Below are positions 12,854-26,415 of a stretch of DNA of 64,000 bases, in pieces; the stretch's first letter is position 1; each line of letters begins with the position of its first letter. The stretch covers positions 62,001 through 126,000 of the forward strand of contig NW_019029006.1 of the NCBI RefSeq assembly GCF_002105155.1, read 5' to 3'. Made by a program: the position numbers and the translations under genes. The notes below the pieces were generated by a model. It ran no database searches. It was given only the letters and a program-made list of their open reading frames with translations, and was not told the DNA's origin. The stretch is from Lobosporangium transversale (taxonomy: Eukaryota).

Positions 12854-14864
12854 ATGAACCCGCTGCCACCAAGCCAGCTTGACCCATTCGTGAGCGCTCC
12901 AACAGCAACAACCCCCATTCTGAGCGGACTTTCGATGCCTTCATCGCTTCCTGAGAACCTGATGCCATCGCTTCAGGGCTTGGAGCAGTCACTTGGCTCA
13001 TTGGCGTTCCACGACCAGGCTGATGGCCAGTTCCTTGGTCTCAGCTCCCCGGGTGACGACGACTTCTTGTTCCAAGGCGAGTTATCCATTGATGGCCTCT
13101 TTTTGTCCACGGTCCAATTCCCAAACCTTCCCGAGATCGAATATGACTCCTGTGAACTAGAACCACAACAATTACAACAGCAGCAACAAGCACATCCTTC
13201 TTCCTTGCATTGCTCTCAGCGACAGCGACAGCAATCGCAGCAAGCTCACTCATTGCAACAACCCATACCACAGCTTGCCACTCAAATCGCTCATCAGCAA
13301 GAGCATCTATCTCAGCTCCAGTTTCAACAGCAGCAGCTCCATTCTCCTCGTAACCCTTCGAACCTTTCTGGGATGCTCGCATCACAGGCCACTCAAGCAC
13401 GACAGCTGCAGATGCAACAACAACTTCAGATACAGCTGCAAACGCAAATGCAAATGCAAATGCAAATGCAAATGTTACAACAGCAATCACAGCAGCAGCA
13501 GCAGCAACCGCAGGTTGAGTTACTGACGCTTGAGCAGATTCATGAGCAATTTTGCTCTCAACAACCAATCCAACAACAGCCAGAGCCAGGGTTCCTTCTA
13601 TATAAACAGGCGATCCCTGCTGAGAAACAACAACAGCAGCAGCCTCCTACTGCTTTTGATATGTTGCGACTCCAATCGTCCTTCATTGATCACCACTCTA
13701 GCCCTGAAAACTCGGCTCCGTCGTCAATGTCCGAGAAAGGTCACTTTGACTTTACTTCTGGTTATTTTACAAGTAGCCCTTTCGAATGCTCGTCTGCTGG
13801 CAACGCTGCTAACATCCCTGGTGTGCCGTCTAGCATGGCTGGCATGAATGGTGCGAATGGCATGACTAGTATGTCTGACATAACTGGTATGATCATGGGT
13901 GACTTCATAGTGAAGCCAATGGATGCATTGAATAGTTTGCCTACTATACCCTTCACGGCCCCTACTATCCTCGGTGGTGAACATGGGTGCAGACAAGACT
14001 ATGGTCAGGGGCAGAGTCAGAGCCAAATCCAAAGCCAAAACCAAAGTAAAAACTCACTGCATCGGAAGAGGTCCTTTCAAGTGAAGAACCTAAACGCAAA
14101 TACAATTACTGAGTCGAGCGCAAGCATAGGTGTCCTCTCTTCTTCACTTCCGACCCCGACTATCTTATCATCAGGGTTATTGCTGCCATCGTCATCATCA
14201 TCGATGTTGTCGTTCAAGCCCTTTTCAGGCTCTATCTCAGATGACTCTGATTTCGCAGAGGACTTGCTAGCGGAGAAAACAAACCAGAAGCGAAGAAAAA
14301 GAACAAGAAAACCGGCCAAGCCTGCTGAGGTTGCAAAGCTCAAACCCCCCAGAGTGATCCTTAACGTAAGTTTGCACTTTTTATTTAAAATTAATAGGAA
14401 TGTTCATTCTCATATAATGTGAATACTTAGCAACATCAATTTTGGAATGTCCATTTTGCCTTATTGTGGTAAATAATAGTGTCAGTATCCAGGCTGCAAG
14501 GTAACATGTTCCAGTCATCCGTCTCTGGTGCGCCATTACGAAGCCCACAAGTGGCGAGGCAAATACTCGCCTGTTCGTTGTGAAGCTTGCTTAAGTTCAC
14601 TTTCGAATGAATTCTCAGTTCAGCGCCATATCCTTCGTTCGCCTCCTGGATCTAAATGTAAAGAGATGAGGATTTATAGTATCATGAAGTCTGAGACTGA
14701 AGTTGAAAGCACGGTTCGGTTCTTTCCTACTCGTCCTCATGGCAAGAAGACTGTTCGGGTCAATCTTGAGAAGATGAGGAGTAAATATCTCAACAATAAC
14801 AACCTAAACATCAATGGGAGCAACAGCAATGGTAATAACAATAACACTATCCATTATCCACTAT

Positions 14865-14866
<2 letters not shown>
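12854..14866 (+). CDS. Q-rich zinc-finger transcription factor, 2 exons
   Basis: 522-aa Q/S-rich ORF with basic KRRKRTRK, an intron at about 14366-14479, then CQYPGC..LVRHYEAH and CEAC..VQRHILRS..C fingers. Confidence 0.8.
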
Positions 14867-14900
<34 letters not shown>

Positions 14901-15630
14901 GAATCCAATGAGGAGGAAACGCGTATGAGAAAGAGTGTTTGCGGCTGATAACATTGGCTAGTGCAGGACTCTTTCATCCAAAGTCTCTAAAAACTACTTT
15001 GTCAAAATAAATATATAAATAAAAAAAAGGAGGAATAAAATACGGAGCGTTATTGCTATTTTTCATATCCTTTTTCATAGTCTTATGATAGGATAGAAAG
15101 GCAGTTGGTTGTTTCTATCTCCTTCATTCGCTTTCAAAGTAGCCCTTATTTTACTTTACTTCTTCTCATACAGTGTATCATTGCCTAGTATCAATAAGTA
15201 AAGTTCTTTTTCAGTTAAAAAGATGTTCGTGGTATCCAATAGTACGGCAATGAGGCATCTGTGGTTTTTTTTTTTTTTTTTTTTTGCTATCCAGTACATG
15301 AGAGTGTGCGTCTGTGTGAAGCAAAGGGTGCTTAAACAAAGCCTGTGCGCCTTGCAATGAATTTATTGTTACTTATTCCCAAATCGAGAGATTTATGGAA
15401 GCATGCATACAAAAAAAAAAAAAAAAAAAAAAAAAAACCGCAGTGTACTAATCCATAGTATATATACATTAGGTGGTTCTAGATATGTCATGTACTGTTT
15501 CATTATTAGCCTTAAGTATCGTACTTGAAGCCCTGTCAGCTATCCAAAAACTCATACACAGGAAGATTCGATTTTATAAACAATCAGAACTCGTTACCTT
15601 TGATAGTGTTTCTACACATTTGGGACTGAA

Positions 15631-16971
15631 ATGAGCCTGAGCAAGGATAACAATAGCAATAGCTACAACAATAACAATAGTAATAACAATAATATCTATT
15701 CTCTATCACTAAGACGCGCCACCAACCATTTAAAAAAACAGAATCCTTCGGTTCATATGAGATTTACTTGGGACCCAATGCTTACAGATTATCCTCAACC
15801 ATTCCTCGTGCTAGAGCTAAGATCAGCTATGGCTAACAACTGTGAAGACTTACGCGAGAATGCAAGCCCCTTTTGGCAGCAGTTTAAAGATTATTTCGAG
15901 CATCTTTCCACAGTCACCACCAAGTTTCTAGAGAAGGAGCCTCTGAACAACGATTTGAATATCATCAGCCAAAGTCATCAGCAGCTACTGCTTCAGCGTC
16001 CCTTACAAACGCAAGAGCATCCAATGGTAACATCCTCAGCTCCGATCCCCGATTTTCCTGGCCATCTCGATCAGCAGTCTACCGAAAACCTTGGTCTGAC
16101 TGAATCTGTGCCACCATCGTCTATGCCTTTGATGCCTCTGATACCTTTGGCTTGTTCAACCGAGAACGGTTCTCATATTCCACAGCCTCAAATTGGGCCC
16201 TCATCTCAGATGTTGCCTGTATACCCATCTATTCCACATCTCGCTATACAAGGTTATAGTCAAAGGCCTTACGACCAAGGACTTGAAAATGTCACAGATC
16301 CAGTCATTCACCACAATTATGAGTTCGATCACACTCCTACTACTTCTGTTGAGCATATACCACAGGCGCTTCAAAGGCTACTGATGCAACTTGATACATG
16401 CGAGGAGCAGCGCATGGGTACTGAGCCGCCCTTGCTTGGCACTTTTTTATCCAATCTCCCTCCCTCCCCCTATACCTCCGGCTCTATAGGCATCCCTACC
16501 CCCACTACTACCTATACATTACCCATATCGTCAGCATCATCATCGTCAGCCTCAGGATCAAGTAGGAGAGAAGAGAAAATAAGAAATCCAGCACGCGGTA
16601 GTGGCGGCGGCCGTGAAGCGATCGTTCGGCGAATGGAAAAATACATGCGATTCAAAAGCCCTGAACGTCATCCAGTGACGGACAAATATTATTGTCTAGG
16701 ATGTCCTCCAGGCCGAGAGTACCACTTCACAGAGAATTCACAGCTGCAACGCCATTCTAACAGACATAATTTCACGCCTGCAAACCGTCGATTCCGATGT
16801 GATAATTGTAATCGAGGATTTGATCGCATGGACGCATTGACACGTCATGTGAAGGCTCCATCGTATGACGAGTGTATGGAAGTGGCTACTTACTCTGAAT
16901 TTGACATCGATGGCAACCGAGTCAAATCGCAAGAACCTATTTTCGACCGAGGAAGAAGAGATGATTTCTAG
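15631..16971 (+). CDS. C2H2-type zinc-finger protein
   Basis: C-terminal YYCLGC..LQRHSNRH and FRCDNCNRGFDRMDALTRH..C; P/S/Q-rich N-terminus. Confidence 0.8.
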   Translation: MSLSKDNNSNSYNNNNSNNNNIYSLSLRRATNHLKKQNPSVHMRFTWDPMLTDYPQPFLVLELRSAMANNCEDLRENASPFWQQFKDYFEHLSTVTTKFLEKEPLNNDLNIISQSHQQLLLQRPLQTQEHPMVTSSAPIPDFPGHLDQQSTENLGLTESVPPSSMPLMPLIPLACSTENGSHIPQPQIGPSSQMLPVYPSIPHLAIQGYSQRPYDQGLENVTDPVIHHNYEFDHTPTTSVEHIPQALQRLLMQLDTCEEQRMGTEPPLLGTFLSNLPPSPYTSGSIGIPTPTTTYTLPISSASSSSASGSSRREEKIRNPARGSGGGREAIVRRMEKYMRFKSPERHPVTDKYYCLGCPPGREYHFTENSQLQRHSNRHNFTPANRRFRCDNCNRGFDRMDALTRHVKAPSYDECMEVATYSEFDIDGNRVKSQEPIFDRGRRDDF

Positions 16972-17222
16972 TGAAGAAGATGAGGAAAAAAAAATAAAGG
17001 CAGTGGACATTTTTGCCAGTTATTCCTATAATATTTATAAAATGCAAGTCCTTGAAGTGTATCTGTAATTTTGAAATAACAATCGTACTAAAAGAAGCCT
17101 ATCATAGAAGTACTATGAGTAGTGTCATGGTTCAATGTCACATGGTGTATGATTATCTAGACAAATGCCGTGCGTGTTCCAAAGATCACTCGTAACTGTT
17201 TCATTGGCGCATTAGCTTATGG

Positions 17223-17255
<33 letters not shown>

Positions 17256-17858
17256 ACCTTACTACGCTCTCTGCTTAATTGTTTATTCTTCATCTCGAAG
17301 AATAATAAAGTAATCTGGGTACTCTCGATTAACAATCTTGCAACCCATTAAGATTAAAGTAAAAAATTAAATAAAGATAATGCACCCTATTTAATCGGTC
17401 CCGTATGAGGAAGCTTGATATTGTTAGATTTGTCTTAGTCACGTAGGTTTGCCACTAACCATTTAACGAGCAGCAGCTCAAGAAACCCCGGTTCTTTGTT
17501 CCTTCTTTTTCACAAGAACCATTGGAGTACTGGCTGTTCTCGTTCTTTATTTGTGTTTAATCTGTAACTGGAAGTGGCCGATCAAAAATCTCCTATCCAG
17601 TCACCTTCTAAACTCTCCAATAATATGAAGGCCACGTGGAGCAGAAAGACAAAATCTTAAACGCGTCTTATTTGTTTGATGTGATAAACATTGCAAGGCA
17701 CTGATAAATCAAATTCATTGTCCTCGCACCCACATTCATCAAAGACAAACGCTCAATTATTTTTCTTCTTTTATTAAGCAATCAATGTGCTTTACCCTAA
17801 TATGTTTTAAATGCCTCTATTCAGTAATTCAAGTGATATGAAGAGAAAAAAAAAGATT

Positions 17859-20800
17859 CTACTTTCTGACAATGTCCTTGGCTGCAAAGTTGCCAAAGAG
17901 CTTGTTGCACACAATCTCAATACCCCACGCTACAAAATAGTCAAACGCCATGATGCCAATCAGCTTGGCCTTGAAATCTTCAGGGAAGGGCACTAGCTGA
18001 AGCCACTCATTGAACTCGGGCATAAACTCAGTTGCACCGGCAACTGCTACACCTCCGACCGCGATCAATCCACGGTACAAATAAGTATTCTCTTTCAAAC
18101 TTTCACGGAAAGGATGGCCCTTGTAGTTGATCGCAAATGTCGAGACTTGCATCGAAAGTGAGATAAGATAGATGGCAGAGTTCAAAAGACCGGGTTCGAA
18201 TGTACGCTCCAGGTCAATCTCGCGATCTGTCTCGATCAATTTGGCCTCATGTGTGATGTAGATCAATGAAAAGATGTGAACAGCAAATTGACCCAATACC
18301 GACAAGATGATGTAAAAGTTGAAGATGTTAGGTTGAGGACGCTCCTTGGACAAGGTTTCTAAGGGTGTTGCCTTAGAAATACACATGAAGCATACAGCCA
18401 TGAGCATGCCAGTGATCGTAACCTGGAAATCTCCAAACTTAATACCATCCAAATATAATACACTCAAAGAATAAGCAGTGATCAGGCAGTTGAGAGCGAG
18501 AATCTTGTACATTTGCATGGTGGCAACTAGCGTGCAACGCCCTTGACGGATGATATTGACAATTGAGATAGGAGTAGAAAGCTTCGATGTGAAGGGGGCA
18601 GCAGCTGAAGCGTCTCCAAGTTTTATAGTTGGTGGTGCTTCCTCATCCAAGTCTTCCATCATGCCAGCGAGACCGTTCATGTCGAGCTGGGGCCTAGCAG
18701 GAACAGGACGACCATTCTCATCAACAGCACCAATTCCGGCAGCCTCGCGAGCGGCTTGTTGCTTAGCAGCAATAACCTCAGGGGGATAAAGGTGTGCGAT
18801 CTTGGCATGGGCTGGAGGAGGCTGCATGTTAAATCGGGCAGTAAACTTGATCTGATTCTCGTAAACGTTCTTGAGACGCTGAATTTGATTATACTCTGCG
18901 ATTCTAGCCAAATCCTCGGGTTTGCCATCCAATAGGGCAACACCAATATGAGCCTGCTTCAAAGCTCCAACATCGTTGGTGCCATCTCCACACATCAGAG
19001 TCGTGTAGCCGCAGCCTTTCATTGTCGTTAAAATAGTCTCCTTTTGTCCAGGCGAGACACGAGCATATACCCAAGTGTGTCGGACAAGCTCCTCAAATGT
19101 AGGCTTGTTCTCATACTGTGACATGGCCGGTCCAGTAACGCAAATGTCATAGTCGCGGAAAATGGTGGGATCAAAGGGCTTGGAAGGGTCTAGATCAATA
19201 ACCTTAGTCTCATCGATAGATTTCCAGATAAGATCATCGGCACCGCGTCCATCTTCACGCACATCCATAATCATAACGTCGCGGTTTACGATGTCGACTT
19301 GACGGGCAACATGGCAGGCAGTCATTGGGTTATCTCCAGTGATCATAACACAGCGGTGAGAGGATTCATTAAGCATCTTGATGGCCTGGACAGAGTCTTC
19401 TTTAAGAGGACAATGGAAGACAAGAAAGCCAGCAAATTTAAGCTGGGTCTCGACATTATCGCGAGTCAATGCGTTGATTTGGTCAGCGTTCAATCCATCA
19501 GGCAGGTATCTGTATCCAAGGGCCAAGACTCGGCTTCCACGGCGGGTGAATTGTTTGTAGGTATCCTCATAATACTTAGGCACCTCAGTGTACATATTCT
19601 TCAATGTCTCAGGGGCACCTTTGACACCAACAAACAGTTTAGTGGTTTTGAACTCGGGGCTGGACAATGTGGAGATAGTCGACATGCGCTTCAATGCTGA
19701 AGAAAATTGAAATCGACGTCGGATCACCATATGTTCAGATTTGTTTTGAGGATTCAAAGGGAAGACATTGTCGTTTCTACCGACTTTCCATTTCAAAGCC
19801 TCCAGAGTAACACGTTCCATAGGATCACCGACAAGGCCTTCCTCCAACTGAACCAATGCGTGCGCTGTAGCAAGAACATGACGGGAGGACATAGGGGCGT
19901 CTTCAGGTGAAACAAGCTTCTCAGGCGCTTTGGCATCGATGCCACAAACACCCTCAACGACAAGATCCTCTCCAGTCAATGTTCCAGTCTTGTCAAAGCA
20001 GCAAACGTCGACTTTTCCAGCAAATGGGATACGGAAAGGCTCGACACAAAAGATATGATGACGTGCGAGCGCAATAAGAGATGTGTTGACAGCCAATGAC
20101 AGCTCCATGGGCAGCTCTGGGGGCACAACAGAGGTGATAATCAAAATACAGTCCAAAAGAAGCTTTCCTCGCTTGCGTCCGGTCTCCAATCCAACGACCC
20201 AAACATAGTAGGCAGCAACGATGGCAAAAATGAGCAAAAATAGAATGAAGAGTAGCGCCTCCAGGTTATTGGCTGTAACACGCTCTGTAGAATAAACCAT
20301 GGTTCGAACCAATTTCCCTTGAGCGGTTCCAAAGCCAGTGCGAACAACATAGCAGATACATCCTCCATCCGGTGCTTTCAGATAAGTAGAAGGAGGTGTA
20401 ACTTGCAGGACCTTGGTACCTCCATACAACATATTGAGCTTATCAGCACCGTTCAATTCCAAGACATCGTCCGCCTCGCGAAGCATGATACCTTCCTTTA
20501 GCAATGGTGTCGATTCTCCTGACAACATAGCCTCGTTGACAATGCAAGATCCATCGACAATAACCATGTCACAAGGTACTCCTGACTCTTCCTTGGTGCG
20601 TACAATCGACACAAGATCACCAGGCAAAAGTTCATCTGACATAATATTAACCCAGATGCCATTGCGACGAACGTTGACACTGAATGGTTTAATCGACATA
20701 GCTTGGAATTCACCGATCGTTCTCAAACGCTATCCATATGATAAAAATATAAGTTTATATTCATAGATCATGGTCAAACTCAAAATACTTCATAGCAGCA

Positions 20801-21893
20801 AATGAATTTGATGAGTAACCTATACGTACCTGCCAGACAACAGTGGACTCAAAGATAACTAACATAACGAGAGTAAAAATAGAGTAATACCAGTACTCAT
20901 CCAGACACCAAAGGGCCACGCAGAAGATCTGAAAGATGAAAAATGGTGCAACAGCATGCTCCTTGAAAAGCTCCATAAACTTTGGTAAAGGGATATCGAA
21001 CCGATTCATGCCATAGGTAGCTGTTGATGCTTTAGCCTGCTCCTCATTCAATCCCTCGCTTTTTTGAAGTTCACCCATGGTTAAACCAGTATCAGATGGA
21101 TACTTGAGCTTGACAAACAGCTTTTTATCAGCATTGTAAATGTATTTCTTTTTTTGGAAGAAGAAGAAAATCGAACCATTCTACAAACAAAATAATGGAG
21201 TATAAAAATTATTTAGCCAAAGGATTAAGAACCAGTCATAAAAGACCACGCAACCCGATCTCTTTTTTATAAATAAAATAAAAAAAAATAAAAAAAAAAA
21301 AGATACATACCTCATGGTGAAGATCACAGAGAGCACCCAATCCGCGATGCTTTTGAGGAATAATTCGAATGACTGTTGCTTTCATAGGATCAGTTTCCTG
21401 AGGAATAACCATGATGGATCAAATATTAACCTTGGTGAGTATAGAAATAACTACTTTTCAGTGCATCATATAAGAACAACCACTAAAAACCAAAGCGCCA
21501 TACTTTTTTACATGTCAAAGAGGCTTTAATCGAGACACTCCATTGACAGGTCAGGAACAAAAGTGCGTTGATAACAAGAAGTGAGCCGAGAGTGACGAAA
21601 GTGATTTCCTCGGATTTGATCAGCTCATCATAGCGGAAGAGGTAGATGAATGCCCAGGCAGGATAGAGGAAGAAGAAAGGCCAGACATAGGCATGTTGGA
21701 TCCGTGGTAGACGAGAATGCAGCGACGAGGCCGCGATCAGCTTCGTCTGGACAAGTGAGGCCGGTGCCCTTTGTAGTTGATAGAAAAGACATTTTCAATT
21801 TAATAAGATATAGCGTGGATCAGGATAGAAGGCAATGACCTCATGGAAAAAATTATAGATACTTTTGCAGGTTATAGTAGTTTCCACATACAT
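17859..21893 (-). CDS. SPF1: P5A-type ATPase Spf1/ATP13A1 (ER transmembrane helix dislocase)
   Basis: LSGESTP, PPELPMEL, DKTGTLT, KGAPE, MITGDN and CGDGTNDVGALK motifs; upstream exons encode HAYVWPF and FKEHAVAPFFIFQIFCVALWCLDEYWYYS. The start codon is inferred to be split by an intron. Confidence 0.95.
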
Positions 21894-22256
21894 TTCAAAT
21901 GTAAAGCTCTTGTCAAACGAAACGTGCAGTCAAACAGCACAAGACGAAGCTGGAAATGGAAGAAAATGATTGAAAAACAAAAATGGGGTTGATGTCAGCT
22001 TTCTTCCGGATGAAAATAAGTCCGATGGCAAAAGCCAAATGTGGTGAGGTTTAGCATTTACCAAGAAAGATTTGATGATGCACTTGGTGTACAGAGATGG
22101 GATGAAAAGAACTAACAGTTTTTGAGGCCAGGTTTCTCTTTTTAACCTCCAGCTATTGCTTGATGTCACGTGGATTCACAAAGATGCATACCGCTTCTTT
22201 TTGGTATGCTCTTCTTTGACCAACTAATTCTCATTGTAAAATCAGACTGATCAGTA

Positions 22257-22974
22257 ATGGTTACTCAGCTCAACGTCAAGTGGCTCAATGCCTTAAACTC
22301 CAAGAAAGTTATCCTTGCCTCTTCCTCACCACGTAGGAAAGATATTCTCTCTCAACTTGGTGTTAAGTACACCGTTGTTCCAAGCACTTTCCCGGAGACA
22401 CTTGATAAATCTTTGTTCAGCCACCCTTCTGAATATGTCAAAGAGAATGCGCTTCAAAAGGCTCTTGAAGTCTATGGGCGTTTGAAGGTATTTTTTTTTT
22501 TGTTGACGTCTGCTGTAAATTCAATACAATTCATTTAACACATCTCTTATTTCTTAGGCCACTGGTGATACTCCTGATTTGGTCATTGGTGCCGATACTG
22601 TTGTCGCTCACAACTCTGAGATTCTTGAGAAGCCCAGATCTGAACAGGGCGCCATTGAGATGTTGACAAGTCTTTCTGGATCTACCCATATGGTTTACAC
22701 AGGTGTGACACTTATTTCACCTCCTTCAGACGGGTCGGATATGCCTAGGATTTTGACAGATGTCGAAGGGACCGAAGTCTGGTTCCAAGATCTTTCACCA
22801 GAGCTCATTGAAGCCTATGTTGCAACAAAGGAACCCATGGATAAGGCTGGCGGATATGGATATCAAACTATAGGAAGCGTGTTAGTCAAGGGCATTAATG
22901 GCTGCTCATGGAATGTTATTGGCCTTCCTGCATCCAAATTGTTTTTTATGCTACAAGACTTCACTCAAAAGTAA
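22257..22974 (+). CDS. Maf-like nucleoside triphosphate pyrophosphatase (YhdE/ASMTL-N type), 2 exons
   Basis: ILASSSPRR, VIGADTVV, ILEKP, LSGSTHMVYTGV, EPMDKAGGYG and NVIGLP motifs. Confidence 0.92.
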
Positions 22975-24217
22975 ATTAGTTTTTGGAGCTAATAATATAG
23001 TTAGTAGATTAAAGCCTATGGTGACTATGCCAAGTTCCACATCAGGCTCTGGTTAACTCATTGCACTTCAGCACTTCAGCTAGTCATTCTATGTGCTGGA
23101 GATCGGTGTTATCGTGTCATGGGTATTTATTTACCACAGGAGCTTTTTGAAGAAAGCATTATGAAGCTGTAAAACATCAATAGTACTCCCAGAGAGTTCA
23201 CCCTCATTATCTGTCTTTTAATCTGGAGCATCCATTTCAATCTGATAAAAATGTGTTGGTATATCCGACAAAATAATCGGATCGGCAGCATGCAGTTTTT
23301 GTTTACAAACGAAATTTGCTCACCTACCACGCGTATACTTCACTTTCCTTTTATATTCACTAAATCATTTGTGCCTTATACGTACTCAAGAAATAGACTG
23401 TCTTAACAAATACAAATGGGAATAGAATGATTAGAATCAGTGTGGACACACTCAAGGAGTACCTGACAACTATAATGCTCCGGCCTGGAAACGAAAGAAA
23501 TAAGATATTGGTAGCGCTTCCTTTGCGAGCTATTAATCTCATAATGACTGGCAAACGCGAGGATACTAGGAACATTGTGCCATGTATTGTCAGTAACCAA
23601 TATATCGATGATTATCTGCAATAATACCAACAGGAGCTGCAGCAATCGTCACGATGTCAATCTCTCATCTAACAAATATCTGAGCATCATTTAAATTTTT
23701 AACAAAGTTGTCGACGACCTTTGCGGTTTCTCCACAAAGCAGTTTCACTAGTAGAAACACGAAGAATGAGGATAGAGCAATTATGGTTTAATTTAAAAAA
23801 AAGCAGGATTCACGATCTGAAGCGTCACCAAGCCTCAAAAAACCAGAAAATGATCCGATCTTGCGGTTTCTGCCATCGTTTGTTGGGATATTAGGCCGTG
23901 AAGAAATGCAAAAGAGGAAAGCTCGAAAAACTATGTTAGATTATTCTATTCAAGTGCATAAAATGCAATTTATTTATTCTTCAGGGTCATATTAGAGACA
24001 ATGGTTTAAATAAAACTTAATGACAATATTTATCAAAATAACTAAAAAAAAAAAATAAAAAAAAAAAAAGGAAGCCGCTTTTATTTTAATAAAAACAGTG
24101 CTCCACAACGATTATAGATGCAATGGGCACAGCTTCTTCATGGGATAAACTTATATATATTATATATATTTATTCTATGCTAGCTGATGAAATGAAATGA
24201 GGTCTGTATAATTACAT

Positions 24218-25368
24218 CTAAACGACTTTGGGTGTCTGGGCCGTCGGACTTCCAAGATCCCAAACGCTTTGGATCCATGCTTTCATATTAACCTCTTCAT
24301 CTGAGCGTTTTGATGATTCGTCAATGAATGGATGGCTCATGATCTGCTCAGGGGTCGGTCGTTTCATGAAATCCTTAATGAAGCTAGAGGGGCGGATCAA
24401 AATCAAAAATGACAAAAAAAAATTTAAGCTTTAGTCGTCTTACCGAAAAAAAAAAAAAAAAAAAAAAAGTATTAATCATATTGCTCACCATTGATTCAAA
24501 AAATCCCTAAAATCTGCTGACCATGGCTCGTCCTCGGGCAAAGAGGGTACAGGTTGGTTGACAATGTAATGCAGAAGTTCAAAAGCGGCTAAATTTTGAG
24601 GGAAAGGATTTTTCATCTGAGCAATTTCGACCATAGTCAATCCTAATGACCATACGTCCGATTGTACAGGATACTTTCCACCCTGAATACGCTCGGGCTA
24701 AGTTTTTAAAGGAAAGGGAAAAAAAACAAACATCAGTCTTGGCTGATACTTCACAAGTTTGCAATGGCTAGTAACGAGATACTGCTCTCAATGTCTCAAT
24801 GTAGCCTACCGCCATGTAATAACTTGTCCCGACAAACGTCTCCGCCAGTGAGTTGACAAGATCTCCGCTAACGCCAAAATCACAAAGCTTAATTCGGCCT
24901 TCCATGGTTACCACGATGTTTGAAGGCTTCAGATCTATGTTATCAAAGAAATATATGTATATTAAATACCTTTTTTTTCCTACCTCAGGAAATAAAAAAC
25001 ACTTGGCTTCCAGAACGTAAATGATTTACCTCGATGAATAACATGGTGCATTTTATGCAGATAGACCAAGCCATTGAGAACAGCCTCGCTGATCTTGCCG
25101 AGAATGCTTTCCGATATTGTTTGCTCCTTTTCTGCAACACGCTTGTAAACGGCCTCCATACTTCCGCCCTCACAATACTCCATACAGATAGCTAACTCAT
25201 CATCCTCCATGTATGCGCCATAAAATGTAACAATCCAAGGTGAATGACACCGATCCAGTGTTTTTAGCTCACGCTGAAGTAGTCTCTGGAAGTCAGGGTT
25301 GGGGTCACATCGAACATGCTATTAAAAGAGCAAAAAAATAGTAAAAAGTTATTAGACATGTATTGGTA

Positions 25369-25399
<31 letters not shown>

Positions 25400-26019
25400 G
25401 GCTTTGATCCTTTCAATAACAAGGATGCATCCTAAAAGCATATGGAAAGTAAAGATAGGTGAAAGAATAACAAGACTCCACACTCCCACTTCATCCTGTA
25501 TGATTTAGCATACTTTGCGAGCCATGATGAATCCTGTGGGTACATGCTTGACTTTGCACACAGTCCCTGCAGAGCCTTCACCCAATTTCTTGAGTGTGAT
25601 CATATCCTCAGGACGAAGCGTATAGTTCATCAATGGGTCGGGTACACGGGTGCCTCCAGGGGTTTCAGGAATACTCCTAATCGATTGGGCCTCTTTCTCT
25701 CCTCCTGCATTTGTGAACTGGATCTCGCGCGCTGGGTCTCGAGGATTGCGTTCCAGGAAATCTATGAGTGGTCTCTATTATAAATATATATATATATATA
25801 TATGTATATAAAGATTGATCGAGTCCAAATAAAATAATATTAGTATTTTTATACATGGTTTTATCGAATAGTGATTATAATGCGCCTTCCGTATATAAAT
25901 TATAATCTTACACTTATTGCTGGCGCTGGAGAAGGACTGACAGAGTTACCGGAGGATGAATTAAGTTGCACATGAAGAGCCGGCTTCATCTTGCGTGCAT
26001 GAGAACGTGCGAGAGACAT
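24218..26019 (-). CDS. MAP kinase kinase, Mkk1/Pek1-like, multi-exon
   Basis: Minus-strand exons give [62 protein letters not shown] and [10 protein letters not shown]-terminal docking-like RKMKPALHV. Confidence 0.88.
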
Positions 26020-26381
26020 TGTGTGAACAAGTCGACGGGGAAGGGGAAGGAGGAAGGAGGAAGAGGGGTAGTAGTGTAGTGGAAGGAAATGACAAAAAAA
26101 AAGGAAATGCTGAGGTGGATTGAATTTGGAAAAGAGATGGAAAAGGACGACTCGGTGAAGGGTCTTCTTTTTTAGTTGCACAAGCTTCACTCGCACAGGC
26201 AAAGGAGAGGGGGAATTGGCAGTGGTAGGAGGTGATTGGAGGGGAATATTGGAAAGAGACAATGGGAGTACAAACAGAAGGATATCTCGTGGTTGGGTCT
26301 GTTAATGTTCAATAAATAATAAATCGATCGTTCGCGGGGAGTTGCCTCTTTCTCTCTTTCTCTCCCTCTCTTTTATTAATG

Positions 26382-26415
<34 letters not shown>

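Noticed and set aside
13041..14343. Antisense ORFs with AFAFAF / VAAAAA runs
   Set aside because: Mirror frames of the CAG and CAAATG repeats in the Q-rich zinc-finger gene.
18550..20766. Many plus-strand ORFs within SPF1
   Set aside because: Antisense shadows of a well-supported coding region.
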